Notes: generated by a model from the sequence alone, not told the origin. A DNA stretch of 49,088 nt from an uncultured bacterium (GCA_949297305.1 CASFSG010000057.1:1-49088), one strand, 5' to 3'. Positions 9,862 to 19,921 are shown, counted from the first letter of the stretch. A program made the numbers and translations.

Positions 9862-10159
9862 GAAGGTAGCCAGTGCTTTAAATAAAGTTAAGGAACAGCT
9901 TTTTAATGAGCCTGAAGTAAAAGAATATTTTTATTTAAAATCGCAGATACAAAATAATGAAGAATTATTAGGCTTAGATAAAAATATTAAGGATTTGCAG
10001 AGAAAATTATGTAAAAATAGTAAAAATAAAGATTTAATTGACGAATATAGAAGTGCTTTAAACTCTTATAATTCCCATCCATTAGTTGTCAATTTTAATC
10101 GTGTGAAGGAAGAAGTTAATGATCTTTTAAGAATGATTAAAGAAATTTTGGAAGAATGA
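9854..10159 (+). CDS. YlbF/YmcA (RicA-like) family regulator
   Basis: Helical 101 aa with HPLVVNF...EVNDLL; immediately after miaB, as B. subtilis ymcA/ricA is. Confidence 0.7.
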   Translation: MDEKVASALNKVKEQLFNEPEVKEYFYLKSQIQNNEELLGLDKNIKDLQRKLCKNSKNKDLIDEYRSALNSYNSHPLVVNFNRVKEEVNDLLRMIKEILEE

Positions 10160-11052
10160 AAATATTTGTTATTTTAGGACCAACAGCGACAAATAAAAGC
10201 GAGACCGCTTATCAACTTGCTAAAAAAATTAATGCCGAAATTATTAACGGCGATGCTTTTCAAATATATCGAGAATTAAATATTGGTGTCGCTAAACCTA
10301 ATGAAAATTATTTCAAAGAAGTGCCTCATCATCTTTATTCGTTTGTTTCAATTAGCGATGAATATTCACCTTTTCAATACCAAAAAGACTTAAGGGAATG
10401 TTTAGCTAACTTAGCTAAAAAAAATAAAAACGCAATTATTGTTGGTGGGTCATTAAATTATATTCGTTCAGGGCTATATGATTATGAGTTTAACGAGGAA
10501 GAAGTTAAAGAAGAATTAATTGAAGAACTTCAATCTTTATCGAATATTGAATTGTTAAATAAATTGAAAGAAATCGATCCTCTTGAAGCTGAAAAGATTC
10601 ACCTTAATAATCGCAAAAGATTAATTAGAGCATTAACAATTTGTTATAGTAGTGGCTCAACTAAAACATCAATTCTTGCTAAGCAGAATCATCAACCGAT
10701 TTATCGAGATATATATTTTTTTGCTCCACTTTTTGAGCGTGATGACTTATATAAACGCGCGAACGAACGTGTCGATCAAATGATTAATAGCGGCTTAATT
10801 GAGGAAGTAAAAAATCTTTACATAAATTATCCTTCCTCATTAAGAGCTTTTCAAGCAATTGGTTATAAAGAATTATTTAATGCATTTGACTTAGATGGTG
10901 ATATAAATGCCGCTATTGAGTTAATTAAGCGACACACTCGCAACTATATTAAAAGACAATATACTTATTTAAATCATCAATTTTCATCTTTACATTATTA
11001 TAATTCTGTTGATGATATTTTTAATTTTTATTTAGGGTTAGAAAATGAATGA
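10156..11052 (+). CDS. miaA: tRNA dimethylallyltransferase
   Basis: GPTAT-KS, QIYRELNIGVAKP, VPHHL, RLIRAL, QAIGYKE, TRNYIKRQ. Confidence 0.93.
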   Translation: MKIFVILGPTATNKSETAYQLAKKINAEIINGDAFQIYRELNIGVAKPNENYFKEVPHHLYSFVSISDEYSPFQYQKDLRECLANLAKKNKNAIIVGGSLNYIRSGLYDYEFNEEEVKEELIEELQSLSNIELLNKLKEIDPLEAEKIHLNNRKRLIRALTICYSSGSTKTSILAKQNHQPIYRDIYFFAPLFERDDLYKRANERVDQMINSGLIEEVKNLYINYPSSLRAFQAIGYKELFNAFDLDGDINAAIELIKRHTRNYIKRQYTYLNHQFSSLHYYNSVDDIFNFYLGLENE

Positions 11053-11737
11053 ATATTTAACGCGATTAAATGGCATAATTAGTAAAGAAGAATTAAATAT
11101 TTTAGAACATAAAACTGTTTTAATTGCTGGATTAGGCGGTGTAGGCGGCGCTTCTTTTATCTCCTTATTGCGTAGCGGAATAAAAAACTTTATTCTCATC
11201 GATTTTGATCGAGTTGATATTAGTAATTTAAACCGTCAAATTTTATATGATACATCTAATTTAGGTTGCTATAAAGTTGATGTCGCAAAAGAATATGCAT
11301 TAAAAATTTCTTCTGATATCAATATTGTTGCTTTAAATTGTCGCGTTGATTGTGAATTTACTAAGCGCGTGGCTGCTTTTAATATTGATTATATAATTGA
11401 TGCAATTGACGATTTAAATGCAAAATTAGAGATTGCAAAATATTCTTTAAAACACAGCGTTCCTTTAATTGTGAGTGCTGGAATGGGTTTAAGAAAAGAT
11501 TCTTCTAAAGTGATGATTAAAAACTTAAATCAAACATATAATGATCCATTAGCAAAAAGAATGCGAAAATTATTTAAAGATAACCATCTCGATATTTCTA
11601 AAATAGATACTGTTTTTTCTATTGAAGAACCTTTGATAAAAAAAGAAGATGATATTTCTTCAATTATTTTTGTTCCGTTACGAGCCGGATCATTGATTGC
11701 CGAACACGTCTTTTATCGCTTAATAAAAAGTAATTAA
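11045..11737 (+). CDS. tcdA: ThiF/E1-like adenylyltransferase, likely tRNA t6A dehydratase
   Basis: GLGGVG, DFDRVDISNLNRQ, IDAID, DPLAKRMRK, VFSIE. Confidence 0.8.
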   Translation: MNEYLTRLNGIISKEELNILEHKTVLIAGLGGVGGASFISLLRSGIKNFILIDFDRVDISNLNRQILYDTSNLGCYKVDVAKEYALKISSDINIVALNCRVDCEFTKRVAAFNIDYIIDAIDDLNAKLEIAKYSLKHSVPLIVSAGMGLRKDSSKVMIKNLNQTYNDPLAKRMRKLFKDNHLDISKIDTVFSIEEPLIKKEDDISSIIFVPLRAGSLIAEHVFYRLIKSN

Positions 11738-11799
11738 TTATTTTATAGTTATCGACAATTACAAGTTTTATAATTGTTTTAGTTTTGGAGGTTATGTTT

Positions 11800-13413
11800 A
11801 TGCTTAAGAAAATTTCTGATATTGCAATAGGTGCAAATATACCACTTGAATATTTAGAACCATACGGATTTTATAAAGGTAAAATCAATATGGAATTATA
11901 TGAAAAATTGAAAAATAAAAAAGATGGAAAACTGGTGCTCGTTACAGCTATTACTCCTACAAAAGCTGGCGAGGGTAAAACGACAACTAGCATTGCTTTG
12001 ACTGAAGGCTTAGCTAAAATCGGTCAAAATGTTATGCTTACATTACGCGAGCCTTCATTAGGCCCGGTTTTTGGAATTAAAGGAGGGGCGACCGGTGGTG
12101 GTTTAGCTTCTATTGAACCTAAAGAAGAAATAAATTTACACTTTACAGGCGATATGCATGCCTTAACAACATCAATCAATTTAATATCTGCTATCATAGA
12201 TAATCATATATTCCGAGGAAATGAATTAAACATCAATCCTAATAAAGTTGTTTGGAAACGCGCGCTCGATATGAATGATCGAGCCTTAAGAGATATCAAA
12301 ATTGGATTAGGAGAGGGTAACGGAATACCTCGTGATGATCATTTTGTCATAACAGTCGCTAGTGAACTAATGGCAATTTTATGTCTATCGAATGATGAAA
12401 AAGATTTCTTAAGAAGAATTAACAATATTATCGTTGCTTATACCTTTGATAACCGCCCAGTTAAGCTTGAGGAGTTAAGAATTTCTCATGCGATAATGAA
12501 GTTAATGCGCGAAGCTTTAAAACCTAATTTAGTTCAAACTGTTGAAAACAATCCAGTCATTGTTCATGGTGGCCCATTCGCCAATATTGCGCACGGCTGC
12601 AATTCTATTATCGCTTTAAAACTTGCTTTGAAACTAGGCGATATCGTAGTGACAGAAGCTGGGTTTGGAGCAGATTTAGGAGCTGAAAAATTTTTAGATA
12701 TTTGTCTACCTAACGCAAACAAGAAATGTGATGGTGCCGTCTTAGTTGCAACTATTCGCGCACTTAAAATGCATGGAGGAGCAAAACTTGAAGATAGTGA
12801 AAAATGCAATATTGAAGCATTGATTAAAGGATCCGAAAATCTTCGTGTTCACGCTGAAAATTTAAAGAAGTTTCATATCCCCTTTGTCATTGCAATTAAT
12901 CATTTTGTATCCGATCATATTGAAGAAGTTAAAGCTTTGGAACAATGGTGCATTAAAAATGGTTATAAAGTAAGTTTTCTCGACGGATTTTTAAAAGGCG
13001 GCGAAGGTTCAATCGATTTAGCTAAGAATGTTGTTGAAATGTTAAAGACCGAAGAAAGTCATTATCAGCCACTTTATGATGCAAATTTACCGATTAAAGA
13101 GAAGATTGAAACTATTGCTAAAGAGATATATCGCGCCAAAGAAGTAGTTTATAGTGATGTTGCTTTAAAACAAATAGCTGAATACGAAAAAATGGGTTTT
13201 GACAAGACTCCTATTTGCATGGCTAAAACACCGCAATCATTATCAGATGATCCTTTAGTTTTAGGTGCTCCAAAAGATTTTACCCTAACGATTCGAGAAA
13301 TTAACTTATCGGCTGGGGCCAATTTTTTGGTAGCGTTAACTGGTAAAATTTTAACAATGCCAGGTTTACCAAAAATTCCTGCGGCTGTTAAAATGGAAGA
13401 TGAACCATATTAA
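11800..13413 (+). CDS. fhs: Formate--tetrahydrofolate ligase
   Basis: TPTKAGEGKTT, GIKGGATGGG, INLHFTGD, HGGPFANIAHG, EAGFGADLGAEKF; SD GGAGG at 11787-11791. Confidence 0.98.
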   Translation: MLKKISDIAIGANIPLEYLEPYGFYKGKINMELYEKLKNKKDGKLVLVTAITPTKAGEGKTTTSIALTEGLAKIGQNVMLTLREPSLGPVFGIKGGATGGGLASIEPKEEINLHFTGDMHALTTSINLISAIIDNHIFRGNELNINPNKVVWKRALDMNDRALRDIKIGLGEGNGIPRDDHFVITVASELMAILCLSNDEKDFLRRINNIIVAYTFDNRPVKLEELRISHAIMKLMREALKPNLVQTVENNPVIVHGGPFANIAHGCNSIIALKLALKLGDIVVTEAGFGADLGAEKFLDICLPNANKKCDGAVLVATIRALKMHGGAKLEDSEKCNIEALIKGSENLRVHAENLKKFHIPFVIAINHFVSDHIEEVKALEQWCIKNGYKVSFLDGFLKGGEGSIDLAKNVVEMLKTEESHYQPLYDANLPIKEKIETIAKEIYRAKEVVYSDVALKQIAEYEKMGFDKTPICMAKTPQSLSDDPLVLGAPKDFTLTIREINLSAGANFLVALTGKILTMPGLPKIPAAVKMEDEPY

Positions 13414-13622
13414 TGAAAGATTTAGCTTACAATTTAAATGATATCGTCGAATTGAAAAAACCTCACCCTTGTAAGGAACATTCAAAGTTGTTTCAAATTG
13501 TTCGTCTTGGAGCTGATTTAAAAATTAAATGTTTAGGTTGTGGAAATGTTTTGATGATATCTCGCGATAATTTTAATTATCGACTGAAAAGAATTGTTTC
13601 AAAAAGTAATAATTCGGACTAA
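13413..13622 (+). CDS. DUF951 family protein
   Basis: DIVELKKPHPC...RLGADLKIKCLGCG. Confidence 0.85.
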   Translation: MKDLAYNLNDIVELKKPHPCKEHSKLFQIVRLGADLKIKCLGCGNVLMISRDNFNYRLKRIVSKSNNSD

Positions 13623-13651
13623 AAGAAAAATTTCTCACTATATTAATAGTG
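13611..13651 (+). promoter_or_regulatory. Shared upstream element, copy 2 (ABC pair): AATTCGGAC-N17-ACTAT-ATTA-ATAGTG
   Basis: Same boxes and spacing as 4736..4776; palindrome CACTAT-N4-ATAGTG abuts the start codon. Confidence 0.65.
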
Positions 13652-15730
13652 ATGAATTTTCTACAAATTAAAAATCTTACGAAAAAATATAAAATCAACA
13701 ATCAAGAACATGTCATATTAAATAATATCAATTACGACTTTCCTCCTTCTGGTTTGATTTTTATTTATGGTAAATCGGGATGTGGTAAATCAACTTTATT
13801 AAATTTAATTTTAGGTATTGATAAACCAGATAGTGGAGATGTCTATTTTCATAATAAATCTTTAAAGGATTTTTCTAGTGATGAAAAATACCAATATTTT
13901 AAAAGCAACATTTCCATTCTTTTTCAACATTACAATTTGTTAGAAAACTTATCGGCGATTGAAAATGTTAAATTAGGAGCGTTATTAGATGATAATGTTG
14001 ATTCTAATATTGATACTTTATTTAATAGATTTAATTTGGTTTATTTAAAAAATAAGAAGGTGAAATATCTTTCTGGAGGTGAAAAACAGAGGATATCTTT
14101 TTTAAGAGCAATAAGTAAAAACCCCGATATCATTTTAGCTGATGAGCCAACTGGTGCTATCCCTAAACATACAGCAATAGACCTTTTAAACTATTTAAAA
14201 GATTTTTCGCAAGATAAATTGGTTATTGTCGTCTCGCATAATTTTGAACTTTTAAAGAGTTATGCGGATATTATTTTAGAGATAAATAACGGAAATATTA
14301 ATGAAGTTTTGAATAAAAATACCATCAAAAATCAACTAAAATGTTTCAATAATAAAACTAAAATTAACCATAATTTGTTATCTTTAAAACCGGTCTTACT
14401 AACGAGACTTAAGGAAGATAAACTTAAAAATATTTTGATTGTGATAAGTACCTTCTTAGCGTTTTCATTTATTCTTTTCTCTGTTGGTTTTATTAATGGC
14501 GTCAATATTTCGACTGAAGAAAATATAAAAGATACGCTTTTATATAATTTTGCCACAATAAGTAAAGAGACCTATCAAAGAATTGAGTCATCTTCTTTAT
14601 TGCTTACTAGACAAGTTAGACCTAGTAAAGAGGAACTTAGTACTATTTTACCTAACAACGTTGAGATTAAAGAAAATCTTTCTTATTTTATTAATCCTTT
14701 AAGCGTTATTATTTATCAAGAAAAAATTATTGATGAGACATATGTATATCCATATTTTTTAAATAATTCTTCCTCTCAAAAGCACTTAGAATTTGATGAG
14801 CCTATAGGCGCGGATAATTCGCTTTTTGTTAATGATATGTTCCTAGAAAAATTAAATATTTCAAAAGAGGAAGTTATAGGTAAAAAGATTAATATTTCTA
14901 ATACCATCGATATTCAAAATAAAGATGTTGCTAATAATAAAACTATCAATGATTTAGCATCTTTTAATCTTGAATTTGTCGTCTGTGGAGTCATCGATGA
15001 GTTTTCTTTTTTAAATTATCCAAAAGTATATTATTCTTATGATTATTTATATAACTTTTTATCGTCTTATTATTTAGAAAACCATTCTTCTTATTTTAAC
15101 CGGGAATATTCTTGTTTAGATTTAATTGTTAATTCCCGTGACGACAGTCAATTTAATATGTTTTCCTACTGGTTAAATTTAATTGATATCACGCCAGAAG
15201 AGTTAAATGAGATTATTAATGAATACGCTTTGGATCATGAGGCATTATCGCTAAATAGTGAATATTTAACAATTAAAGATTCTTATTCTTCCTTGATGAA
15301 TCTTTTTGCTGAATCATTTTTTATCTTTACCATTCTTTCTTTTATTTTAGTAAATATCATCATTTCGTTAACAGTTTTGTCGTCGTTTTTATTAAACAAG
15401 AAAGAAAATGCAATATTGCTAATTTTAGGAGTTAGTTATCGAAAAATTTTTCTAATTTATTTTATTTCTACTTTAATATTAATTACGACATCATTATTTT
15501 TAAGCTTTCTTCTATATAAGCCTATCGAACTTTTTCTAAACGCAATAATTTTTCATTTTTCCAACCTAGAAAATATGATTATTGTTCCGTTTTTTACCTG
15601 TTTTAAGATTCCATTACTTTTACCGTTTATTATTACCATTATTAGTGTTTTTGTTATCTTTGTTAGCTTGTGCTTAGTTTTTCATTTTTCTAGTAAAATT
15701 TCTATTAAAGAGGAGTTGATGGACGAATGA
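13652..15730 (+). CDS. MacB-like ABC transporter, ATPase-FtsX permease fusion
   Basis: Walker A GKSGCGKST, LSGGEKQR, ILADEPTG (D-loop altered to AIP), one TM, extracellular domain, three C-terminal TMs. Confidence 0.88.
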   Translation: MNFLQIKNLTKKYKINNQEHVILNNINYDFPPSGLIFIYGKSGCGKSTLLNLILGIDKPDSGDVYFHNKSLKDFSSDEKYQYFKSNISILFQHYNLLENLSAIENVKLGALLDDNVDSNIDTLFNRFNLVYLKNKKVKYLSGGEKQRISFLRAISKNPDIILADEPTGAIPKHTAIDLLNYLKDFSQDKLVIVVSHNFELLKSYADIILEINNGNINEVLNKNTIKNQLKCFNNKTKINHNLLSLKPVLLTRLKEDKLKNILIVISTFLAFSFILFSVGFINGVNISTEENIKDTLLYNFATISKETYQRIESSSLLLTRQVRPSKEELSTILPNNVEIKENLSYFINPLSVIIYQEKIIDETYVYPYFLNNSSSQKHLEFDEPIGADNSLFVNDMFLEKLNISKEEVIGKKINISNTIDIQNKDVANNKTINDLASFNLEFVVCGVIDEFSFLNYPKVYYSYDYLYNFLSSYYLENHSSYFNREYSCLDLIVNSRDDSQFNMFSYWLNLIDITPEELNEIINEYALDHEALSLNSEYLTIKDSYSSLMNLFAESFFIFTILSFILVNIIISLTVLSSFLLNKKENAILLILGVSYRKIFLIYFISTLILITTSLFLSFLLYKPIELFLNAIIFHFSNLENMIIVPFFTCFKIPLLLPFIITIISVFVIFVSLCLVFHFSSKISIKEELMDE

Positions 15731-18504
15731 TTGAATTGATAAATGTATCTAAATCTTTTAATGATTATGAAGTTTTAAAAAATATTAACTTATCATTACC
15801 TTCCCGCGGTCTTATTGGGCTTTTAGGTGATTCGGGTTCAGGAAAATCATCTCTTATTAAAATTATTGCTGGCTTAATAAGACAAGACAAGGGTAGTGTT
15901 AGAATAAATAAGACCCTTTTAGATGAACTAAACGAAGAAACTTTGGCAAAATTTCGTTTGGATAATATTGGCGTTGTTTTTCAAAATTTTAATTTATTAA
16001 ATTCCGATAATGTTTATAACAATATATCATTATCCCTCGATGCCCTAAATAAAATAAAAAGAAAAGAAAAGAATGCGCGTATTAAACGCCTATTAAGAGA
16101 ATTTAAATTAGAAAATTTCCAAAAGAGAGTTGTTAATACTCTTTCAGGAGGCGAAAAACAAAGGGTGGCTATTGCGCGGGCGATTATCAATCAACCAGTT
16201 ATTCTTTTATGTGATGAACCAACGGGCTCTCTCGATCAAAAAATGTCTTTAGAAATATATAACTTATTAAAAAAGATTTCAAAACGAACATTAGTTGTTG
16301 TAGCCACTCATGATATTGATAACATATCAAAAATTGCCGATCAAATTATAAAAATTGAAGATGGTTCAGTTAAAGTTAGTCAAATAAATAAAGAAGGTAT
16401 TATTTTTAGAAGTTCTTATAAAAAAATTCAGAAAACTAAATTGCCTTTTACTTTTATCTTTCGCCATATTAAACAAAATTTTCAAAGTAAAAAATATCGA
16501 ACTTTAATTACTAATTCAATTTTGACAATTTCATTACTAGGAATTGGATTAACTGTTATTTTAACATCAAATCTTGCTAAAAAGATGGAGATGGTTTTTT
16601 CTAATTTGATTGACGCAAATCAAATTATTATGCAACGAAAAAATAGTCCAAATGAATTGGGAGAATTTTATAGCGCGCCTAAAGAAGAAATATTAAAAGT
16701 AGAAAATAAATACCAAAATTACATCGATTATATTGGCGTTACATATTTAATTAATTTCGAAAATTTCTTTAAAGATGAAAATGATTTTTATCTTACTTCT
16801 TCGCCAATTAGTTTGCATATTCCAAGTTTATCAGTTAGAAAAATTAATGATTTTATTTTGTATGATAAAGATTCGACAAATCGATATTACCCTAGGCAAG
16901 AAAATAACTTAGCAGATGACGAAGTAGTTTTAGGATTAACTTATGAAGAAATGTCAAATTTTTGTTATAATATGCATATCGGCCGTTCTTTTATTGATTT
17001 AGGTAACTTTATTGATAAAAATGCTTTAAGATTAACAATCCGCATTGCTAATTCTGATTGGCAATATTATGATGAACAAGTATTTATTGTAAAAGCAGTC
17101 ACCGAAGTAAAGAGTAGTTGTTTATACCACACTAACCAACTATGGAATGAAGTTGTTTTTGAAGAATTCATGTCCTTGCCTTCGATTGATAGTGAGGAGA
17201 AAATCTATCCTTGGGAGATGTATAAAGCATACTATATTGTTCCGTTAGTAGACGCGTCTTACTTTTTAGATTTATTAATGTTTGATAATGATTTTAAAGA
17301 TTTATTATTTGAAAGAACAAATTATTTATATCATCCAAATTTGTGTAAAATAGGGGAGGTTTGCAATGTGAATCGTCTAATTGTCTTTTCTTTAAACAAA
17401 TTTGGAATTGATATTAATGACTTCAATATACTTAAAAATGAGTTTCCCGAAATACAAAATTTTTATTTTACAAGTCAATATGGCTACGCTCCTTATATCG
17501 CAAGTCTAATGAATGGATTTATGAAAAGTTTTTATGTATCAAGTCAATTTTCAGAAATTGAAAATGTCATCGATTTGGATTCTAGAGTGACTTTAGATAA
17601 CAATAAGCTAATAGAATTGCCTCCTAAAGTTATAGCAGGAAATTATTTATATTCGTTAAATGGTTGTTTATCTTTTTCGAGTAACTTTAACTCCCTTATT
17701 AAGGGGAGAAAACCTCTTAATAATAACGAAATTGTTATTTCATCACATATGGAAGAAAACTTATTTTCCAATGAGAATTCTCTAGGAAAAACTTTATATG
17801 TTGGGGCTCTTCAAAGTGAAACAGTTGAGAATAATAACATCATTAATAAAAACTTCGCTACCAAAGAATTAATCATAGTTGGTGTCGTTGAATGTTCTTT
17901 AAATCGCCTCTATCATAATAATCTTTGGACGATTTCTTTTTTTCGCGATGAAATAGGTGTTTCCTCTTTTAATTTGATACCTAATGGTGTCATTTTTGAA
18001 TTCGAAGAAAATGCTAATATTGAAAGTTTGCTAACAAGAATAAAAAATAATTTTAATAAATATGATGTTTCCTCACCGTTTTTGACACTTTTTGAAAGCA
18101 TTGATTCTGCGACATCTTATTTTGAGGTTATTTTAATTATTTTTTCATTAGTTTCTTCCTTAATCTCATTGTTTTTATTAATCATAATAGTTTACTTAAA
18201 TGTCATTGAGAGTAAAAACGTAATTCTTTCTTTGAGGCAAGTTGGTTTATCAAAAAAGAATATTTCTAATTTGTTCATTCTTCAAACTTTTGCTTATGGA
18301 CTAGTTGCTTTTATCGTTGCGACTTTTCTCGCTTTAATTAGCGATTATTTTATATCTATAGCCATCAATTCATTACTAGGAGTTTCATTTCCATATGTCT
18401 TTTCTTTTATTCCAATTTCTATGATGTTTATATTTATGTGTATCATTACTTTAATAATACCTTCGTTAATGACTAAACTTTTGATTTATAAATTTCAATT
18501 GTGA
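15727..18504 (+). CDS. MacB-like ABC transporter, ATPase-FtsX permease fusion with large extracellular region
   Basis: GDSGSGKSS, LSGGEKQRVAIARA, CDEPTGSLD, ATHD; about 500 aa between TM1 and the C-terminal TMs; ATGA overlap with the previous gene. Confidence 0.88.
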   Translation: MIELINVSKSFNDYEVLKNINLSLPSRGLIGLLGDSGSGKSSLIKIIAGLIRQDKGSVRINKTLLDELNEETLAKFRLDNIGVVFQNFNLLNSDNVYNNISLSLDALNKIKRKEKNARIKRLLREFKLENFQKRVVNTLSGGEKQRVAIARAIINQPVILLCDEPTGSLDQKMSLEIYNLLKKISKRTLVVVATHDIDNISKIADQIIKIEDGSVKVSQINKEGIIFRSSYKKIQKTKLPFTFIFRHIKQNFQSKKYRTLITNSILTISLLGIGLTVILTSNLAKKMEMVFSNLIDANQIIMQRKNSPNELGEFYSAPKEEILKVENKYQNYIDYIGVTYLINFENFFKDENDFYLTSSPISLHIPSLSVRKINDFILYDKDSTNRYYPRQENNLADDEVVLGLTYEEMSNFCYNMHIGRSFIDLGNFIDKNALRLTIRIANSDWQYYDEQVFIVKAVTEVKSSCLYHTNQLWNEVVFEEFMSLPSIDSEEKIYPWEMYKAYYIVPLVDASYFLDLLMFDNDFKDLLFERTNYLYHPNLCKIGEVCNVNRLIVFSLNKFGIDINDFNILKNEFPEIQNFYFTSQYGYAPYIASLMNGFMKSFYVSSQFSEIENVIDLDSRVTLDNNKLIELPPKVIAGNYLYSLNGCLSFSSNFNSLIKGRKPLNNNEIVISSHMEENLFSNENSLGKTLYVGALQSETVENNNIINKNFATKELIIVGVVECSLNRLYHNNLWTISFFRDEIGVSSFNLIPNGVIFEFEENANIESLLTRIKNNFNKYDVSSPFLTLFESIDSATSYFEVILIIFSLVSSLISLFLLIIIVYLNVIESKNVILSLRQVGLSKKNISNLFILQTFAYGLVAFIVATFLALISDYFISIAINSLLGVSFPYVFSFIPISMMFIFMCIITLIIPSLMTKLLIYKFQL

Positions 18505-18514
18505 AATCTTCTAA

Positions 18515-18542
18515 TTGACAAGAAAAAAATATAATATATATT
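18515..18542 (+). promoter_or_regulatory. Sigma-A type promoter of csp
   Basis: TTGACA (18515-18520), 16-nt spacer, TATATT (18537-18542). Confidence 0.6.
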
Positions 18543-18551
18543 ATATTGCGT

Positions 18552-18749
18552 ATGAAAGGCAAAGTAATTAGCTTTAATAAAAATAAAGGCTATGGTTTCA
18601 TCTCTACTAGTGAAGGGCAAGATGTTTTCTTTCATTATTCACAATTAGTGATGGAAGGATTCAAAGATATTGATGTTGACCAAGAAGTTGAGTTTGATAT
18701 CGAAGAATCTGAACGTGGCCTAAGAGCTACAAATATCAAAAAAATTTAA
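18552..18749 (+). CDS. csp: Cold-shock domain protein
   Basis: KGKV-SFN-NKGYGFI (RNP1), DVFFHYSQL (RNP2), GFK. Confidence 0.95.
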   Translation: MKGKVISFNKNKGYGFISTSEGQDVFFHYSQLVMEGFKDIDVDQEVEFDIEESERGLRATNIKKI

Positions 18750-18814
18750 GCTCTCTATAAGAATTATCTTTTGTCAAAAAGTTGACTTATTTTTAGTATA
18801 TAATAATTGTAGTT

Positions 18815-19921
18815 ATGGCACTTAAAGCAGGTATTGTCGGTCTTCCTAATGTTGGCAAATCAACGTTGTTTAACGCTATTACATCTTTGCATGTTGAAGC
18901 TGCTAATTATCCCTTTGCAACCATTTCACCTAACGAAGGTGTCGTTTTTGTTCCCGATTATCGACTCGAATATTTAAATGATACCTTTAAGCCTCAAAGA
19001 AAAATTGCTGCTACGATTGAATTTTATGATATCGCTGGTTTAGTTAAGGGCGCTAGTCAAGGCGAAGGACTAGGGAACCAATTTTTAGGACATATCCGGG
19101 AGTGTTCAGCAATTGTTGAAGTAGTGCGTTGCTTCGAAGATAAAGATATCATCCATGTAGAAGGTAGTGTTGATCCAATTCGTGATATTGAAACAATAAA
19201 TTTAGAATTATGTTTAGCTGATTTAGCGACCGTCACCAAAAGAAAAGGCAACATTGAAACTAAAGCTCGCACTCAAAAAGATAAAGAGTCAGTTCGCGAA
19301 TTAAATATTTTAAATGATCTAATCGATGCACTTAATAAGGGTATGCCGATTAGGGCTTTGTCATTTAAAGACGAAGATAAAATTTTCATCGAAAATAACT
19401 ATCATCTTCTAACCAATAAACCGATTATTTATGTCGCAAATGTTTCTGCTGACGATTATACCGATTTAGAACACGCTTCTTTATACAATGTGGTGAAGGA
19501 ATATGCCATAAAAGAAGGTACAACCGCCCTTCCTATTTCTTGCCAAATTGAGGAAGAATTGTCTACTTTGCCAAAAGATGAAAGACGAGAATTTTTAGCC
19601 TCTTTAGGCGCTAGCGAAAGTGGCCTTGATAAAATTGTCAAAGCTACTTATAAATTATTAAATTTATCAACTTTTTTTACCGTCGGTAGTGACGAATGTC
19701 GCGCTTGGACATTTAAAAACGGCCAAAAAGCTCCTGAATGTGCCGGGATTATTCATACCGATTTTGAAAAAGGTTTTATTAAAGCTGAAATTTATAGTTT
19801 TGATGATTTAATGGAATATAAAAGTGAAGCAAATTTGAAAGCGAATGGTAAAATTCGTATGGAAGGAAAGAATTATGTCATGCAAGATGGTGACATTGCA
19901 TTTTTTAAATTTAATGTGTGA
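18815..19921 (+). CDS. ychF: Ribosome-binding ATPase YchF
   Basis: [53 protein letters not shown]. Confidence 0.98.
   Translation: MALKAGIVGLPNVGKSTLFNAITSLHVEAANYPFATISPNEGVVFVPDYRLEYLNDTFKPQRKIAATIEFYDIAGLVKGASQGEGLGNQFLGHIRECSAIVEVVRCFEDKDIIHVEGSVDPIRDIETINLELCLADLATVTKRKGNIETKARTQKDKESVRELNILNDLIDALNKGMPIRALSFKDEDKIFIENNYHLLTNKPIIYVANVSADDYTDLEHASLYNVVKEYAIKEGTTALPISCQIEEELSTLPKDERREFLASLGASESGLDKIVKATYKLLNLSTFFTVGSDECRAWTFKNGQKAPECAGIIHTDFEKGFIKAEIYSFDDLMEYKSEANLKANGKIRMEGKNYVMQDGDIAFFKFNV

Noticed and set aside
9067-19099. Arg codon reassignment (AGG or CGG), as reported for some uncultured Bacilli
   Set aside because: AGG occurs at the conserved Arg of MiaB ERSR (9067). CGG occurs at conserved Arg in the ABC AIARA motif (16177) and YchF HIRE (19097). 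TGA ends intact genes and Trp is TGG.
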